From an uncultured Methanoregulaceae archaeon (GTDB lineage Archaea; Halobacteriota; Methanomicrobia; Methanomicrobiales; Methanospirillaceae), in NCBI GenBank assembly GCA_963717525.1, contig OY970343.1, positions 256,001-320,000 on the forward strand: a stretch of 64,000 bases of DNA, read 5' to 3'. A program made the position numbers and the translations under genes. The notes beneath the pieces were generated by a model. It did no database searches, was not told the DNA's origin, and worked only from the letters and a program-made list of their open reading frames with translations. Shown here piece after piece: positions 1 to 10,510 of this stretch (position 1 is its first letter; each line of letters opens with the position of its first letter).

Positions 1-765
1 GTGGGTAAGGAAGAGGGGACCATCGAGCAGGATGAAAAAGACATGCTGTACTCGGTGCTTGAATTCGGGGACACGACAGCACGGGAGATCATGACGCCCC
101 GCGTTGATGTTACCCTCATGGAGGACACCACGGAGATCGGTGAGGCGATCCGGATCTTCAACGAGACCGGCTTCTCCCGGATCCCGATCTACCACGGGCA
201 GATCGATAACATCACCGGCGTCCTTAACGTAAAAGACGTCTTTTCTGCGATGGTCTCGAAGAGGAAAGACATTTCTATAAGAGAGATCATGTATGACCCG
301 ACCTTCGTGCCGGAGACGAAGAAGATCGACGACCTCTTAAAGGAGCTCCAGGTCCACCGGGTGCAGATTGCGATCGTCATCGACGAGTACAGCAGTTTTG
401 TCGGCATTGTCACGGTTGAGGACATCCTTGAAGAACTTGTCGGCGACATCAGGGACGAGTACGACCGGGAGGAACCCGACGTGCAGAAAATCGCGGAGGG
501 GGTGTTTGTGCTTGACGCCCAGATGTGGGTCGACGATATCAACGATGAGCTCGGTCTCCGGCTGCCCATGGACGAATCGTACGAGACGGTCGGAGGCCTT
601 TTGATCGACCGGCTCGGCCACCTCCCGCAGCACCCCGGGGAGAAGGTGGAGATCGAGGCGGGGAGGATCACCCTTGTGGTCATGCAGATGCACGGCCGGC
701 GCATCGTCAAGGTCAAATGCATCGTCCGCCCGGAAACAGAGAGTGGCGGGGGAGAACCCCGGTAA
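1..765 (+). CDS. Hemolysin/CorC-family CBS-domain protein (5' partial)
   Basis: Tandem CBS domains (FSRIPIY, VIDEYSSFVGIVTVEDILEELVG) plus a C-terminal CorC_HlyC-like domain; open at the window start. Confidence 0.9.
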   Translation: MGKEEGTIEQDEKDMLYSVLEFGDTTAREIMTPRVDVTLMEDTTEIGEAIRIFNETGFSRIPIYHGQIDNITGVLNVKDVFSAMVSKRKDISIREIMYDPTFVPETKKIDDLLKELQVHRVQIAIVIDEYSSFVGIVTVEDILEELVGDIRDEYDREEPDVQKIAEGVFVLDAQMWVDDINDELGLRLPMDESYETVGGLLIDRLGHLPQHPGEKVEIEAGRITLVVMQMHGRRIVKVKCIVRPETESGGGEPR

Positions 766-775
766 CAGAGGAACC

Positions 776-1384
776 ATGGCAAAACGGATCGTAGTGGTCG
801 CATCGGGACGGGGTTCGAACTTCCAGGCTGTCATTGAAGCCCTGCAGAGAGGTATGATCCCGGCCGCCTGCGTGGCGCTGGTCACCGACAACCCGAAAGC
901 GTACGCGATCGAGCGGGCGGAGGCTGCCGGCATCCCGGTTATCGTTGTCGTTTATGCAGCGTCTGCCTCCCGCGAATCCTACGAGCAGGCGCTCCTTTGT
1001 GCACTCCAGGAGGCCCGGCCCGATCTTATCGTTCTTGCCGGTTACATGCGTATTGTCGGGCAGGCGATCGTGCGGGAGTATGCCAGGAAAATGATCAACA
1101 TCCACCCGGCGCTCCTCCCCAGCTTCGCCGGCCTCCACGCCCAGCGGCAGGCCCTCCTGCACGGGGTAAAGGTCACCGGGTGTACCGTTCACTTCGTAGA
1201 CGAGAGTCTTGACGGTGGCCCCATCATCCTCCAGCGCTGCGTCCGGGTGATGGATGACGACGACGAGGACACCCTCGCCCAGCGCATCCTCATCCAGGAG
1301 CATATCGCGCTCCCTGAGGCAGTCCGGCTCTTCTGCGAGGACCAGCTTACTATAGTAGGAAGAAAAGTCCGGATCCGGCAGTAA
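776..1384 (+). CDS. purN: Phosphoribosylglycinamide formyltransferase
   Basis: ASGRGSNFQA, LAGYMRI, NIHPALLPSF and GCTVHFVDESLDGGPII motifs. Confidence 0.95.
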   Translation: MAKRIVVVASGRGSNFQAVIEALQRGMIPAACVALVTDNPKAYAIERAEAAGIPVIVVVYAASASRESYEQALLCALQEARPDLIVLAGYMRIVGQAIVREYARKMINIHPALLPSFAGLHAQRQALLHGVKVTGCTVHFVDESLDGGPIILQRCVRVMDDDDEDTLAQRILIQEHIALPEAVRLFCEDQLTIVGRKVRIRQ

Positions 1385-1480
1385 GGACTGGTACCGGGAC
1401 TTCCGGGGGCCTCCCTTACGCCCCTTCCCTTTAATACCCCGGGCGCTGATAGTATGACACCTGCAGGGTACGCGTTGACC

Positions 1481-1807
1481 ATGAAGGATAAGAAACGCCC
1501 CCCCTCCATAAAACCCCTGGCACGGGAGCGTATTGCGGTGCTCTTTTCCCAGGCGGAGAAAGTCTACCACGAGCATCCCGGGTACAGCAACCGGTATGTC
1601 GCCCTTGCCCGGAAGATCTCCATGCGCGAGCGTGTCAGGATCGAACCCGTATTCCGGCACCGGTTCTGTCACCACTGCTACCGGTACATGGTGCCGGGAG
1701 CGAACATGCGGGTGCGGGTGCACCACGGGTGGGTGGCAGTCACCTGCCTTGAATGCAGGAAAACGACCCGGTACCGGGTGGAGAGATCCCATGACCACAA
1801 AGACTGA
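1481..1807 (+). CDS. rnp4: Ribonuclease P protein component 4 (Rpp21)
   Basis: LARERI...RYVALARKI, CxxC...CxxC zinc ribbon; conserved order before yhbY and rps19e. Confidence 0.9.
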   Translation: MKDKKRPPSIKPLARERIAVLFSQAEKVYHEHPGYSNRYVALARKISMRERVRIEPVFRHRFCHHCYRYMVPGANMRVRVHHGWVAVTCLECRKTTRYRVERSHDHKD

Positions 1808-2042
1808 TCCCGCGATGCAGGACCTCAAACCGACGGTCTGGATAGGAAAACAGGGCTGCACGGAAGCCGCGATCGAAGAGATCGTTGCCCATCTCAAGAA
1901 ACGCACGGTCATCAAGGTAAAATGGCTCCAGAATACGGAGGTCGACCCGGAATCGGTGGCGGCCTCGGCTGGAGCCGCGCTCGTCGGGGTGCGGGGAAAG
2001 ACCATGGTGCTTGCACAACGCGGGAAAAAAGAGAAAAAATAA
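1791..2042 (+). CDS. YhbY/CRM-family RNA-binding protein
   Basis: LKPTVWIGKQG...IKVKWL...VGVRGKTMVL; ATG at 1791. Confidence 0.88.
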   Translation: MTTKTDPAMQDLKPTVWIGKQGCTEAAIEEIVAHLKKRTVIKVKWLQNTEVDPESVAASAGAALVGVRGKTMVLAQRGKKEKK

Positions 2043-2152
2043 GCCGTTTTTTGTATTGGGATACCGGGTGCCGGTATCTCGAAATATATAAAAACCTCGC
2101 TTACCAATAACATAAGACTGTTATTTAATTTTAAAAACAGTGAGGACTAGTC

Positions 2153-2783
2153 ATGACGACCGTATATGATGTCCCGGCAGATCACCTCATCAGGAAGGTT
2201 GCCGAGGAGCTCAGGAAGCGGCAGGAGATCAAGCCGCCGGTATGGGCTGCCTTTGCAAAGACCGGGGTACACAAGGAGATGCCTCCCGAAGACCCCGACT
2301 GGTGGTTTATCCGGGCAGCAGCAGTGCTGAGACGCGTCTATGTCGACGGCCCCTTGGGCGTCGAGAGGATGCGGAGTTTCTATGGAGGGAACAAGAACCG
2401 CGGCTCAAAACCGAATGCTTTCCGGAAGGGCAGCGGCTCGATTCTCCGAAAAGCCCTCCAGCAGCTTGAGGCTGCAGGCCTTGTCATCCATGATAAGACC
2501 GGCCGCAGGGTTTCCCCTGCCCGGCATGGCGTTCCTGGACAACATGGCACAGGAGGTCCTTGCCCACCCGCCGGCACCAGTCCCGAAGAGGGTAAAGCCG
2601 GTTGCCGAAGAGCCCAAGAAGACCGAGGCAAAGAAGGGCAAAGGCGACAAGGCAGCAAAGGCCGAGAAGTCCGACGATGCAAAAGGCGAGAAGAAGCCTG
2701 CCGCAAAGAAGGGCGAAGGCAAGAAGGCTGAAAAGCCTGAAGGCCATAAAGAGAAAGCTGAAGGCAAGAAGCCTGAAGCATAA
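2153..2783 (+). CDS. rps19e: 30S ribosomal protein S19e with Lys/Glu-rich C-terminal tail (frameshift near 2520, probably an artefact)
   Basis: [10 protein letters not shown]...KTGVHKE...WWFIRAA...LQQLEAAG; continues in another frame as [12 protein letters not shown] after an extra C in a C-run. Confidence 0.92.
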
Positions 2784-2798
2784 ATGCGGTGATGATCC

Positions 2799-3128
2799 AT
2801 GGGAGACGACGAGCTGAGTGAGATCCGGAAGAGAAGGATGGCACAACTCCAGCAGCAGGCAGGCCAGCAGCAGGAGGAACTCGAACAACAGCAGCGTCTC
2901 AAGCAGCAGATGCAGATGGTACTGATGCAGATCCTCGAGCCTGATGCCCGGGAACGCCTGAACACCATCAAGCTCACCAAACCGGACTTCGCAGCTGCCG
3001 TGGAACAGCAGCTGGTGATGCTTGCCCAGAGCGGGCGCCTCCAGCAAAAGATCACCGATGCACAGTTAAAAGAGCTGCTCCGGCAGCTTGCGCCGGCAAA
3101 ACGGGATTACTCGATCACCAGAAAGTGA
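2799..3128 (+). CDS. PDCD5-family DNA-binding protein
   Basis: DELSEIRKRRMAQLQ...ILEPDARERLNTIKL...KITDAQLKELL. Confidence 0.92.
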   Translation: MGDDELSEIRKRRMAQLQQQAGQQQEELEQQQRLKQQMQMVLMQILEPDARERLNTIKLTKPDFAAAVEQQLVMLAQSGRLQQKITDAQLKELLRQLAPAKRDYSITRK

Positions 3129-3727
3129 TGAAAGCAGGAGTGCTCTACAGCGGCGGGAAGGATAGTTCCCTTGCAGCGATCATGCTGGGTACGTATTACG
3201 AGGTTGAACTCAACACCTTTGTGTTCGACCCCGCCCGCCTAATCCCGACAATAGAGAATGCCGCACAGGCGCTGGGGTTTCCTTTGAGAAAACGGGTATT
3301 TCCCGAAGGTATGGCAGAAGAGATGGCAGAGATGGTAATTTCGTGCGGGTATCCCAACGATGCGATCAACCGCATCCACCAGACTGCCATCGGGACCCTT
3401 GCCGGTGAGTACAAGGTCGTTGGCGACGGCACCCGGTTTGATGACCGGGTCCCGATGCTCACCAGGGCGCAGGTGCAGAGCATCTGCGGCAGGACCGGGA
3501 GCACGTACGTGCGCCCGCTCCTCGGCTACATGCGATCCGAAGTCGACCGGCTGGTTGACCGGCTCCTCCTCGTAGAGTACGGGGAGACCGGGACGATCGA
3601 AAACGGCGATTACGAATCCGAGATCAGGGCGGCGATCCGTGCCCGCGGAGTTGATCCCGCTGCCCTCTTTCCCCCTCACCACGAGCAGTCGCTTGTCGTG
3701 GGAAAAAAGAAGTGCACAAACAACTAG
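3125..3727 (+). CDS. PP-loop (adenine nucleotide alpha hydrolase) family protein
   Basis: LYSGGKDSSLA PP-loop motif; conserved position between PDCD5 and rpl39e. Confidence 0.85.
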   Translation: MMKAGVLYSGGKDSSLAAIMLGTYYEVELNTFVFDPARLIPTIENAAQALGFPLRKRVFPEGMAEEMAEMVISCGYPNDAINRIHQTAIGTLAGEYKVVGDGTRFDDRVPMLTRAQVQSICGRTGSTYVRPLLGYMRSEVDRLVDRLLLVEYGETGTIENGDYESEIRAAIRARGVDPAALFPPHHEQSLVVGKKKCTNN

Positions 3728-3736
3728 GTGAAGAAC

Positions 3737-3889
3737 ATGAGCAAGCTCAGCAAAGGAAGGAAGATCCGGCTCGCCAAGGCATGCGACCAGAACCGGCGCG
3801 TGCCCCAGTGGGTCATGATCAGGACGAAAAGAGCCGTCGTTTCGCACCCGAAGAGACGTAACTGGCGCAGAAGCACGTTGAAGGTGTGA
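3737..3889 (+). CDS. rpl39e: 50S ribosomal protein L39e
   Basis: Manual translation [50 protein letters not shown] (50 aa, below ORF-track cutoff). Confidence 0.95.
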   Translation: MSKLSKGRKIRLAKACDQNRRVPQWVMIRTKRAVVSHPKRRNWRRSTLKV

Positions 3890-3894
3890 GATCA

Positions 3895-4161
3895 ATGGCA
3901 GAACAGATGCAGGAACATGTCTACATCATCCCCCTGCGGGATGCACGCAGAATGCCCCGGTGGAAGCGGGCGAACGGCGCGATCAAGGATATCCGCAAAT
4001 ACCTCGCGAAGCACATGAAGACCGAGGATGTCAAGCTTGACAAGACCATCAACGAGAAGGTGTGGAGCCGGGGGGCCGAGAAACCGCCATCAAAGATCCG
4101 TGTCCGCGCCATGAAGATGGAAGACGGGCAGGTCCAGGCTGAACTTGCCCCGGAATCGTAA
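3895..4161 (+). CDS. rpl31e: 50S ribosomal protein L31e
   Basis: YIIPLR...[10 protein letters not shown]...[19 protein letters not shown]. Confidence 0.95.
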   Translation: MAEQMQEHVYIIPLRDARRMPRWKRANGAIKDIRKYLAKHMKTEDVKLDKTINEKVWSRGAEKPPSKIRVRAMKMEDGQVQAELAPES

Positions 4162-4165
4162 GCAT

Positions 4166-4828
4166 ATGGAACGCACGACTAACTTTGCCGGGGACCCCAA
4201 TATCGGGGTTTTTGCCCGGGTAGCAGGCGATATCGCGGTTATCCCGCCGGAAGCCACACCGGAGTTCCGGGACGCGCTCAAAGAGGCGCTCACCGTGGAA
4301 CTGGTTGCGACGACCATCCAGGGCAGCTCGATCATCGGGTCGCTTGTCGCAGGGAACAGCCGGGGCCTCGTCATCTCCGGCCTCGCGACCGATGACGAAA
4401 TTGCGGTGCTTGAAAAGCACCGGAAGGTCATGCTGCTTTGGGAGACGATGAATGCGGCGGGAAACGTGATCATGGTAAATGATACGTTTGCCGCGGTGCA
4501 CCCGGACCTTCCTGTTGATATCGCCGCAGCGATCGGGGAATTCCTGGATGTCGAGGTAATCCACCTCACGCTTGGGGGTGTGCGGACGATCGGAATGGCC
4601 GGTGTCGCCACGAACAAGGGCGTGATTGTGCACCCGAATGCGACCGCGCAGCAGATTGCGCAGATCGAAGCGGTGGCAAAGGTACCGGTCGGTACTGGCA
4701 CGATCAACATGGGCAGCGGCCTTATCGGTACCGGCCTACTCGTGAACGACACGGGATATATTGCCGGCAACGCGACGAGCGGGTTTGAACTTGGCAGGAT
4801 CGAGGACATATTTGGATTTCTGGAGTGA
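4166..4828 (+). CDS. eif6: Translation initiation factor 6 (aIF-6)
   Basis: [26 protein letters not shown] and [11 protein letters not shown] motifs. Confidence 0.93.
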   Translation: MERTTNFAGDPNIGVFARVAGDIAVIPPEATPEFRDALKEALTVELVATTIQGSSIIGSLVAGNSRGLVISGLATDDEIAVLEKHRKVMLLWETMNAAGNVIMVNDTFAAVHPDLPVDIAAAIGEFLDVEVIHLTLGGVRTIGMAGVATNKGVIVHPNATAQQIAQIEAVAKVPVGTGTINMGSGLIGTGLLVNDTGYIAGNATSGFELGRIEDIFGFLE

Positions 4829-4833
4829 GAGTT

Positions 4834-5025
4834 ATGGCAGAGCAGAAGTTTGAAGTGAAAGGAACCTTTTTGATGGGCGAAGACTGGATGCCCTACACGA
4901 AAGTGATTGAGGCGCCCAACGAGAAGCAGGCCGAGGAACGCACGTTTGCGGTCATCGGCAGCAAGCACAACCTCAAGAGACGCTACATCAAGATCTCCGG
5001 TGTTACACCGGTAAAAAGCAACTAA
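4834..5025 (+). CDS. rpl18a: 50S ribosomal protein L18Ae (LX)
   Basis: FEVKG...A.E....IGSKHNLKRRYIKI. Confidence 0.92.
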   Translation: MAEQKFEVKGTFLMGEDWMPYTKVIEAPNEKQAEERTFAVIGSKHNLKRRYIKISGVTPVKSN

Positions 5026-5124
5026 ATCTTTTTCTTTCTCCGAAAATCCGGTGGAATCCACCGGGAGATTCGGGTATTTGGGCTTAAACCCAAGTCGGTA
5101 ACGAACCCTGCCACTCAAGCAGAG

Positions 5125-5304
5125 AACGCTCTTGGGGGCTGTCGCCCCCGCCGCGTGGGCATCCCCCACTACGAGAGATTACGCGCAAAACGCCTGTCGG
5201 GTTTTGCGCTGGCGAGTATGGTTATAAATGGCTCCCAGATGACCCTTCATGGGTGAAGACAGGTAATTGATCCGCCGACGGGGAGCCCTTCGGGGGCGGC
5301 GGCA
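5125..5304. repeat. GC-rich multi-hairpin intergenic repeat, copy 1 (MITE- or ncRNA-like)
   Basis: Shares aacgctcttgggggct..gcccccgccgc, cgcaaaacgcct..tcgggttttgcgct and acaggtaat..ccgccg..cccttcgggggcggcggca blocks with 48696-48855. Confidence 0.8.
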
Positions 5305-5366
5305 TCATCTTTATGGGAAGTAAAGGAGTCGGCCCCCCATCTTCATGACCGTTTTTGAATCCTTAT

Positions 5367-6854
5367 TCAGATCATCCCCGGCCCGCTCCCGCCCGATCCA
5401 TCCTGGTAATCCGGGTGGATCTCCGGCCGTACCACGAATGCCAGTACAAGGATGATGAGACCCAGCACAAACGAGCCAAGGAATGCGAGATCGAAGCCTG
5501 CCGTGGCCACCCTGATCTGCAGGTCGACCGGGGATTGCAGCGTCACGTTGTGGTTTGTGGCGATCGTAAGAATCCCCCACAGGAAGATCAGGTTGAACAT
5601 CGCTATCCCGAGGGTGAGGGGGACGAAGCGTTCGAGGCTGGTAAGGCTCGAGATCATGCCCTGCTTCGCCTTTGACACCGAGTTCATCACCATGTTCGAT
5701 ACCGGGGTGATGACAAGGCCAAGACCAAGGCCGATGAGCACCAGGCAGAGGACGACATACAGCACCGGCGTATCGGGATGGAGCTGCATGATGAAGAAAT
5801 AGCCGCCGGTAAGGAGGACACCGGCCGCGATGCAGAGCAGCCGGGGACCGGCCCGGTTGAAGAGGATGCCGGCGAGGATGCCTGCCCCCATCATTGCAAA
5901 GGAGAGTGAGGTCAGGATAAGGCCAGCGGTGGAGGTGTCGTAAGCGCTGACATATTTCAGGTAAAATGGCAGGAGATAATTGATCCCGGAAAAGCTGAAA
6001 AAGACAAGCGAGAGCAGGAGGTTGGTGGCGAGGAAGTTCCTGTTTTTAAAGAGTGAAAAGTCGAGGAGCGGGTCGGCTATCCGGCATTCGTGCCAGACAA
6101 ACCATCCCAGCGTGACCAGGGCGAGAAGGGCAAGGCCGAGGATGACCGGAGAGGTCCAGCCCATCGTCTCCCCTTCTGAGACGACGAAGAGCAGGGAGGC
6201 AAGGCCGCAGAAGATGAGCATGGCGCCGGCCCGGTCAAACCCGGCGAGTGATCCCGTGGTGACAGATGCCGGTATCACCCGTGCGCCAAGGAGAACCGCC
6301 CCTATCCCCACCGGCACATTGATGAAAAAGATCCAGTGCCACGAGAGGTACTGGGTCAGGACACCGCCGATAGTCGGCCCGAGCGCCGTCCCCAGGCCGG
6401 CAAGGGTCATGACGATCCCCATGGCCTTTCCCCTCTCCTCCATCGGGATGTAGGCAGTGACCATGGCCGGCGCGATCGCGCAGATCATCGCGCCGCCGAC
6501 CGCCTGGATTATGCGTGAGCCGACCAGCACGGTGAGCGAATCGAACATGTCAGGCAGGATGCCGCAGGCGAGCGAGCCGAGGGTGAAGATGACAAACCCG
6601 GTCAGGAATATCCGTTTGAACCCGATAATATCGGATATTTTCCCAAAGACCAGCACGCAGCCGGCCATCACGAGGAGATAGGCAGTTGCGACCCAGCTTA
6701 CGGTGGTCGATGATACGTGGAATGCTTCCGAGATGGTTGGCAGGGCGATGTTGACGATCGTGCCATCGAGTCCGGACATGAACGTGGCAAGCGAGATGGA
6801 GAAGACAAGAAGGAAGAAGCCGGACCGGGCGGCGCCTGTACCATGATCACTCAT
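5367..6854 (-). CDS. MFS drug-efflux transporter, DHA2 (EmrB/QacA) family
   Basis: About 14 TM segments; LDGTIVNIALP, GKISDIIGFKR and WHWIFFINVPVG motifs. Confidence 0.92.
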   Translation of the reverse strand: MSDHGTGAARSGFFLLVFSISLATFMSGLDGTIVNIALPTISEAFHVSSTTVSWVATAYLLVMAGCVLVFGKISDIIGFKRIFLTGFVIFTLGSLACGILPDMFDSLTVLVGSRIIQAVGGAMICAIAPAMVTAYIPMEERGKAMGIVMTLAGLGTALGPTIGGVLTQYLSWHWIFFINVPVGIGAVLLGARVIPASVTTGSLAGFDRAGAMLIFCGLASLLFVVSEGETMGWTSPVILGLALLALVTLGWFVWHECRIADPLLDFSLFKNRNFLATNLLLSLVFFSFSGINYLLPFYLKYVSAYDTSTAGLILTSLSFAMMGAGILAGILFNRAGPRLLCIAAGVLLTGGYFFIMQLHPDTPVLYVVLCLVLIGLGLGLVITPVSNMVMNSVSKAKQGMISSLTSLERFVPLTLGIAMFNLIFLWGILTIATNHNVTLQSPVDLQIRVATAGFDLAFLGSFVLGLIILVLAFVVRPEIHPDYQDGSGGSGPGMI

Positions 6855-7057
6855 GGAGGGATGTTACTGCCCATAAGTGATGAGAATTGCGGTTTGTCGC
6901 CATGAATTGCCCCTGTACCGTTCAGGTTCACGATGGGGAAGCAGTTGTTCAGGAGGGGCGCCGGAAAAGCGCCCTATAATGATGTATTTATGCTCCCTGC
7001 AGACAAACATATCAGAAAGACCCAGTTACCCGCAGAACAGAAGGGGAGGCAGGAATC

Positions 7058-7540
7058 TTGGCAGCAGCACAACCCATGGACCAGCGCGAAATCGAGACGC
7101 TCCAGTACTACTTAAAAGAATACGGACAGCAGGCCGAGGTCTTTGCCGGCCAGCTCGAGCTTATGGAGAACGGGCGCATGGAGGCGTTTGCCGCGATCGA
7201 AGCGCTTGGGGCACTTGTTGCTACGGATGACGACACCGTCCTCCTCCAGATCGGCGGAGGGGCAAGCCTCCGGGCGAAGATTCTCGAACCGGAGAAAGTC
7301 CTCCTCAATATCGGCTCCGATGTCATCGTGGAGAAGACAAACGCGGATGCGATCGAGTACCTGAAAGACCGGATCACCGAGATGGAAGCTTCGCAGAAGA
7401 AGGTTGCCGAGGCGTTAGACAAACTCCGCGCCCAGATGAACGAGATCGCAAAACGGCTCGAACAGGGATACCGGCAGGCATCTGCATCAGAAAGCCCAAC
7501 CCCCCGCCGCCACGATCACGAAGATCACGACGAAGAATAA
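7058..7540 (+). CDS. pfdA: Prefoldin alpha subunit
   Basis: Coiled coils flanking VLLQIGGG...VLLNIGSDVIVEK beta hairpins; upstream of ftsY. Confidence 0.9.
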   Translation: MAAAQPMDQREIETLQYYLKEYGQQAEVFAGQLELMENGRMEAFAAIEALGALVATDDDTVLLQIGGGASLRAKILEPEKVLLNIGSDVIVEKTNADAIEYLKDRITEMEASQKKVAEALDKLRAQMNEIAKRLEQGYRQASASESPTPRRHDHEDHDEE

Positions 7541-7558
7541 GCGAAGGAACCCTCAAAT

Positions 7559-8609
7559 ATGTTTTCGGGTCTCAGGGAACGGCTGCAGGCTGCACGCGAC
7601 CGGCTTGGCGCCAGCATCGGGGCAGCAGCGGAAGCAGCCCTGCCGGTGGCGCCGGCTGAACAGGCTGCCCCCGGAAAAACCGGTGACACCCCTCTGGCTG
7701 CAGGTCCGGCAAAGAACCCGACACTTGCCGACAAGGTAAAGATCCTCATCATCGACCGTGAACTGGTTGTTTCTGAAAAGGACGTTTCCGAGGCCCTCGG
7801 GGAACTGGAGATGACATTGCTCGAAAGCGACGTTGCTCTGCCGGTTGCCGATGCGCTTATCGCAGACATCCGCACCGGCCTCGTGGGAAAACACCGCAAA
7901 ATCGGGGAATCTGTGGACGCACTTGTTGTCAGGGCTCTCAAGTCTGCCCTGCTCAAGGTGCTCGGCTCGGGCTTTGACCTGTCGGCCTATATCAAAACCC
8001 ACGAGCGGCCGGTCAAGATCCTCTTTACCGGGGTGAACGGGACCGGGCAAGACCACGACAGTCGCAAAGATCGGGGCATACCTCAAGAAGCAGGGTTTCT
8101 CGGTCGTGATCGGGGCCGGCGACACCTACCGGGCCGGGGCCATCGAGCAGATAGGAGTACATGCAGAACGGCTGGGCATCAAGATTATCGAGCACAAAGC
8201 CGGTGCCGACCCGTCGGCGGTGCTCTTTGATACCGTGCAGTACGCACAGGCCCATAAGACCGACGTAGTACTTGCGGATACCGCCGGCCGGTTCCATACC
8301 AAAGCAAACCTCATGAGCCAGCTCGACAAGATACGGCGCGTGATGAAGCCCGACCTCATCGTTTATGTCGACGAAGCAGTGGCGGGAAACGATGCGGTAG
8401 TCCGGGCAGCAGAGTTTGACCGGACCGTCGGGGCCGATGCCATCGTGCTCACCAAGGCCGACATGGACTCCCGGGGCGGGGCAGCGATCTCGATCGCCCA
8501 CACCATCGGAAAACCTCTGCTCTTTCTCGGCACAGGGCAGGCCTACGAGGATATTATTCCGTTCGAACCCACGGTAATCGTCGACGAACTTCTCGGCGGT
8601 GCTGCCTGA
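7559..8609 (+). CDS. ftsY: SRP receptor FtsY (frameshift near 8045)
   Basis: LLESDVA; GVNGTGKTT split by an extra G; DTYRAGAIEQ, DTAGR, TKADMDSRGG. Confidence 0.93.
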
Positions 8610-9933
8610 TGATGGACAGTCTCTCTGACGCCCTCAAGGACGCCCTCAAGAAACTCGCCGGGAAAGCCGTAGTCGACCGTGCAGCAGTCGACGAGCTCGT
8701 CAAGAACCTCCAGCGGGCGCTTCTCTCGGCTGATGTGAACGTCAAGCTGGTGATGGAACTCTCAAAAGCGATCCGCTCCCGGTCGCTTGACGAGGAAGTG
8801 CCGAAAAACACCAATGTCCGCGAACACGTCCTCCGCATCGTCTACCAGGAACTGGTCCGGCTTGTCTATGCCTCGGCAGATGTAAAACTCGAGCCGCAGG
8901 TCATCCTGATGGCCGGCCTCCAGGGAAGCGGCAAGACAACGACCACGGCAAAGATCGCCCGCTACTTCCAGAAGAAGGGCATGAAAGTCGGGGTGATCTG
9001 CGCCGATACCTTCCGTCCCGGTGCCTACAACCAGCTTGCTACCCTCTGTGCGAAGATCAATGTGCCCTGCATCGGCGACCCGAAAGCCACCGATGCCCGG
9101 AAGATCGTAAAAGAGGGCCTCGTTGCCGTCAAAGACCAGGAGATCATCATCGTTGATACCCAGGGCCGCCACGCGCTGGAGCCCGACCTGATCCAGGAGA
9201 TCATCGACCTCAACGCGATCACGAAGGCCACCCACCGCTGGCTCGTGATCGATGCCGCGCTCGGCCAGCAGGCGAGCGAGCAGGCACGCCGGTTCCATGA
9301 AGCGATCGGGATCGACGGCGTGATCATCACCAAGATGGACGGCACGGCAAAAGGCGGGGGAGCACTCTCTGCCGTGGCCGAGACCAAGAGCGGGATCGTC
9401 TTTATCGGCGCAGGGGAGACGATCGAGAACCTCGAACGCTTCGATGCAAACGGCTTTATCTCCCGGCTCCTCGGGATGGGCGATCTGCAGGCCCTCTACG
9501 AGAAAGTCCAGGAAGCCCAGGTGTCAAACGAGGTTGACATGGAAGCGATGATGAAGGGCCACTTCACCCTTCGCGACATGTACAAGCAGCTCGAAGCCCT
9601 CAACAAGATGGGCCCCTTGAAACAGATCATGAACATGCTCCCGATGGGGAACATGCAGCTCCCCGAGGGTGTCTACGATGTGACGAGCACCAAGATGGTG
9701 CGGTACCGGATCCTCATGGACTCGATGACGCCCCAGGAGCTCGACGATCCCGGCATCATCTCCAGTTCCCGGATGCAGCGGATCGCCCGGGGGCCGGCGG
9801 GACCCCTGAAGAAGTCAGGGAACTTCTGAAATATTACAAGATGATGCACAAGACCCTCAAGGGTCTGCGGGGCGCCGGCGGCGGAAAATTCAACATGCAG
9901 CGCCTGATGAAACGCTTCTCCGGAATGCAGTGA
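8609..9933 (+). CDS. srp54: Signal recognition particle protein SRP54 (frameshift near 9790)
   Basis: [28 protein letters not shown] and M domain; C-terminus [13 protein letters not shown] in another frame ending at TGA 9931-9933. Confidence 0.93.
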
Positions 9934-9934
9934 G

Positions 9935-10510
9935 ATGACCTCGTTTGCCATAGTCGGGCATCTTGCCCGCACGGACGGGGATTTTTCCTTGAACGATCTC
10001 CCCGGGGCAGGACGTATGGACGTGCTCTGCCGGTGCGTGAACGCATCGCTCTTCCTCTCCCACGACCTGCGCCGAGACGCAGACTGTTACCTTGTCCTCC
10101 TCGGAGGTCCTAAGGCACCAAAGACCGTGCTCTTCCGGGGGGGCGAACTTCGCTCGCTCTCCCCCGATGAACGGAGTGCCGGGGCGCTTGTCAAAAAAGC
10201 GCTCTCCATTCCCTGCGGGAGCGAGTTCCGCGAAGCTGCGCCCGGGGTGTACGTAAGGAATGGCGGCCTTGAACGCCTCTTTACGGAACACGCGTTTGCC
10301 GTGCTGGACGAGAAGGGCACCGATATCAGAATGGTCCCGGCCGTGCCGGAGGCATTCCTGCTCTCGGATCACCAGAACTTTTCCGATGCCGAGGAAGCGC
10401 TCGTAAAAGATGCACCCCGGTATTCGGTGGGGCCGGTCTGCCTGCATGCAGATCATACGATTACGGTCATCTCAAATGAGATCGATCGGAGGAAGAACGG
10501 ATGGAAATAA
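9935..10510 (+). CDS. trmY: tRNA (pseudouridine54-N1)-methyltransferase
   Basis: DFSLNDLPGAGRMDVLCRC, LSPDERS, SVGPVCLHADHTI SPOUT motifs; next to pus10. Confidence 0.92.
   Translation: MTSFAIVGHLARTDGDFSLNDLPGAGRMDVLCRCVNASLFLSHDLRRDADCYLVLLGGPKAPKTVLFRGGELRSLSPDERSAGALVKKALSIPCGSEFREAAPGVYVRNGGLERLFTEHAFAVLDEKGTDIRMVPAVPEAFLLSDHQNFSDAEEALVKDAPRYSVGPVCLHADHTITVISNEIDRRKNGWK

Noticed and set aside
5367..6854. MFS gene interrupting the rpl18a-pfdA ribosomal cluster as a mobile insertion
   Set aside because: GC and codon style look host-like and no TIR, TSD or transposase flanks it; only the adjacent repeat is notable and is reported separately
8030..8060. Programmed ribosomal frameshifting in ftsY, srp54 or rps19e
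   Set aside because: No shared slippery heptamer or stimulatory structure; the breaks fall in short homopolymers across many unrelated genes, consistent with sequencing indels
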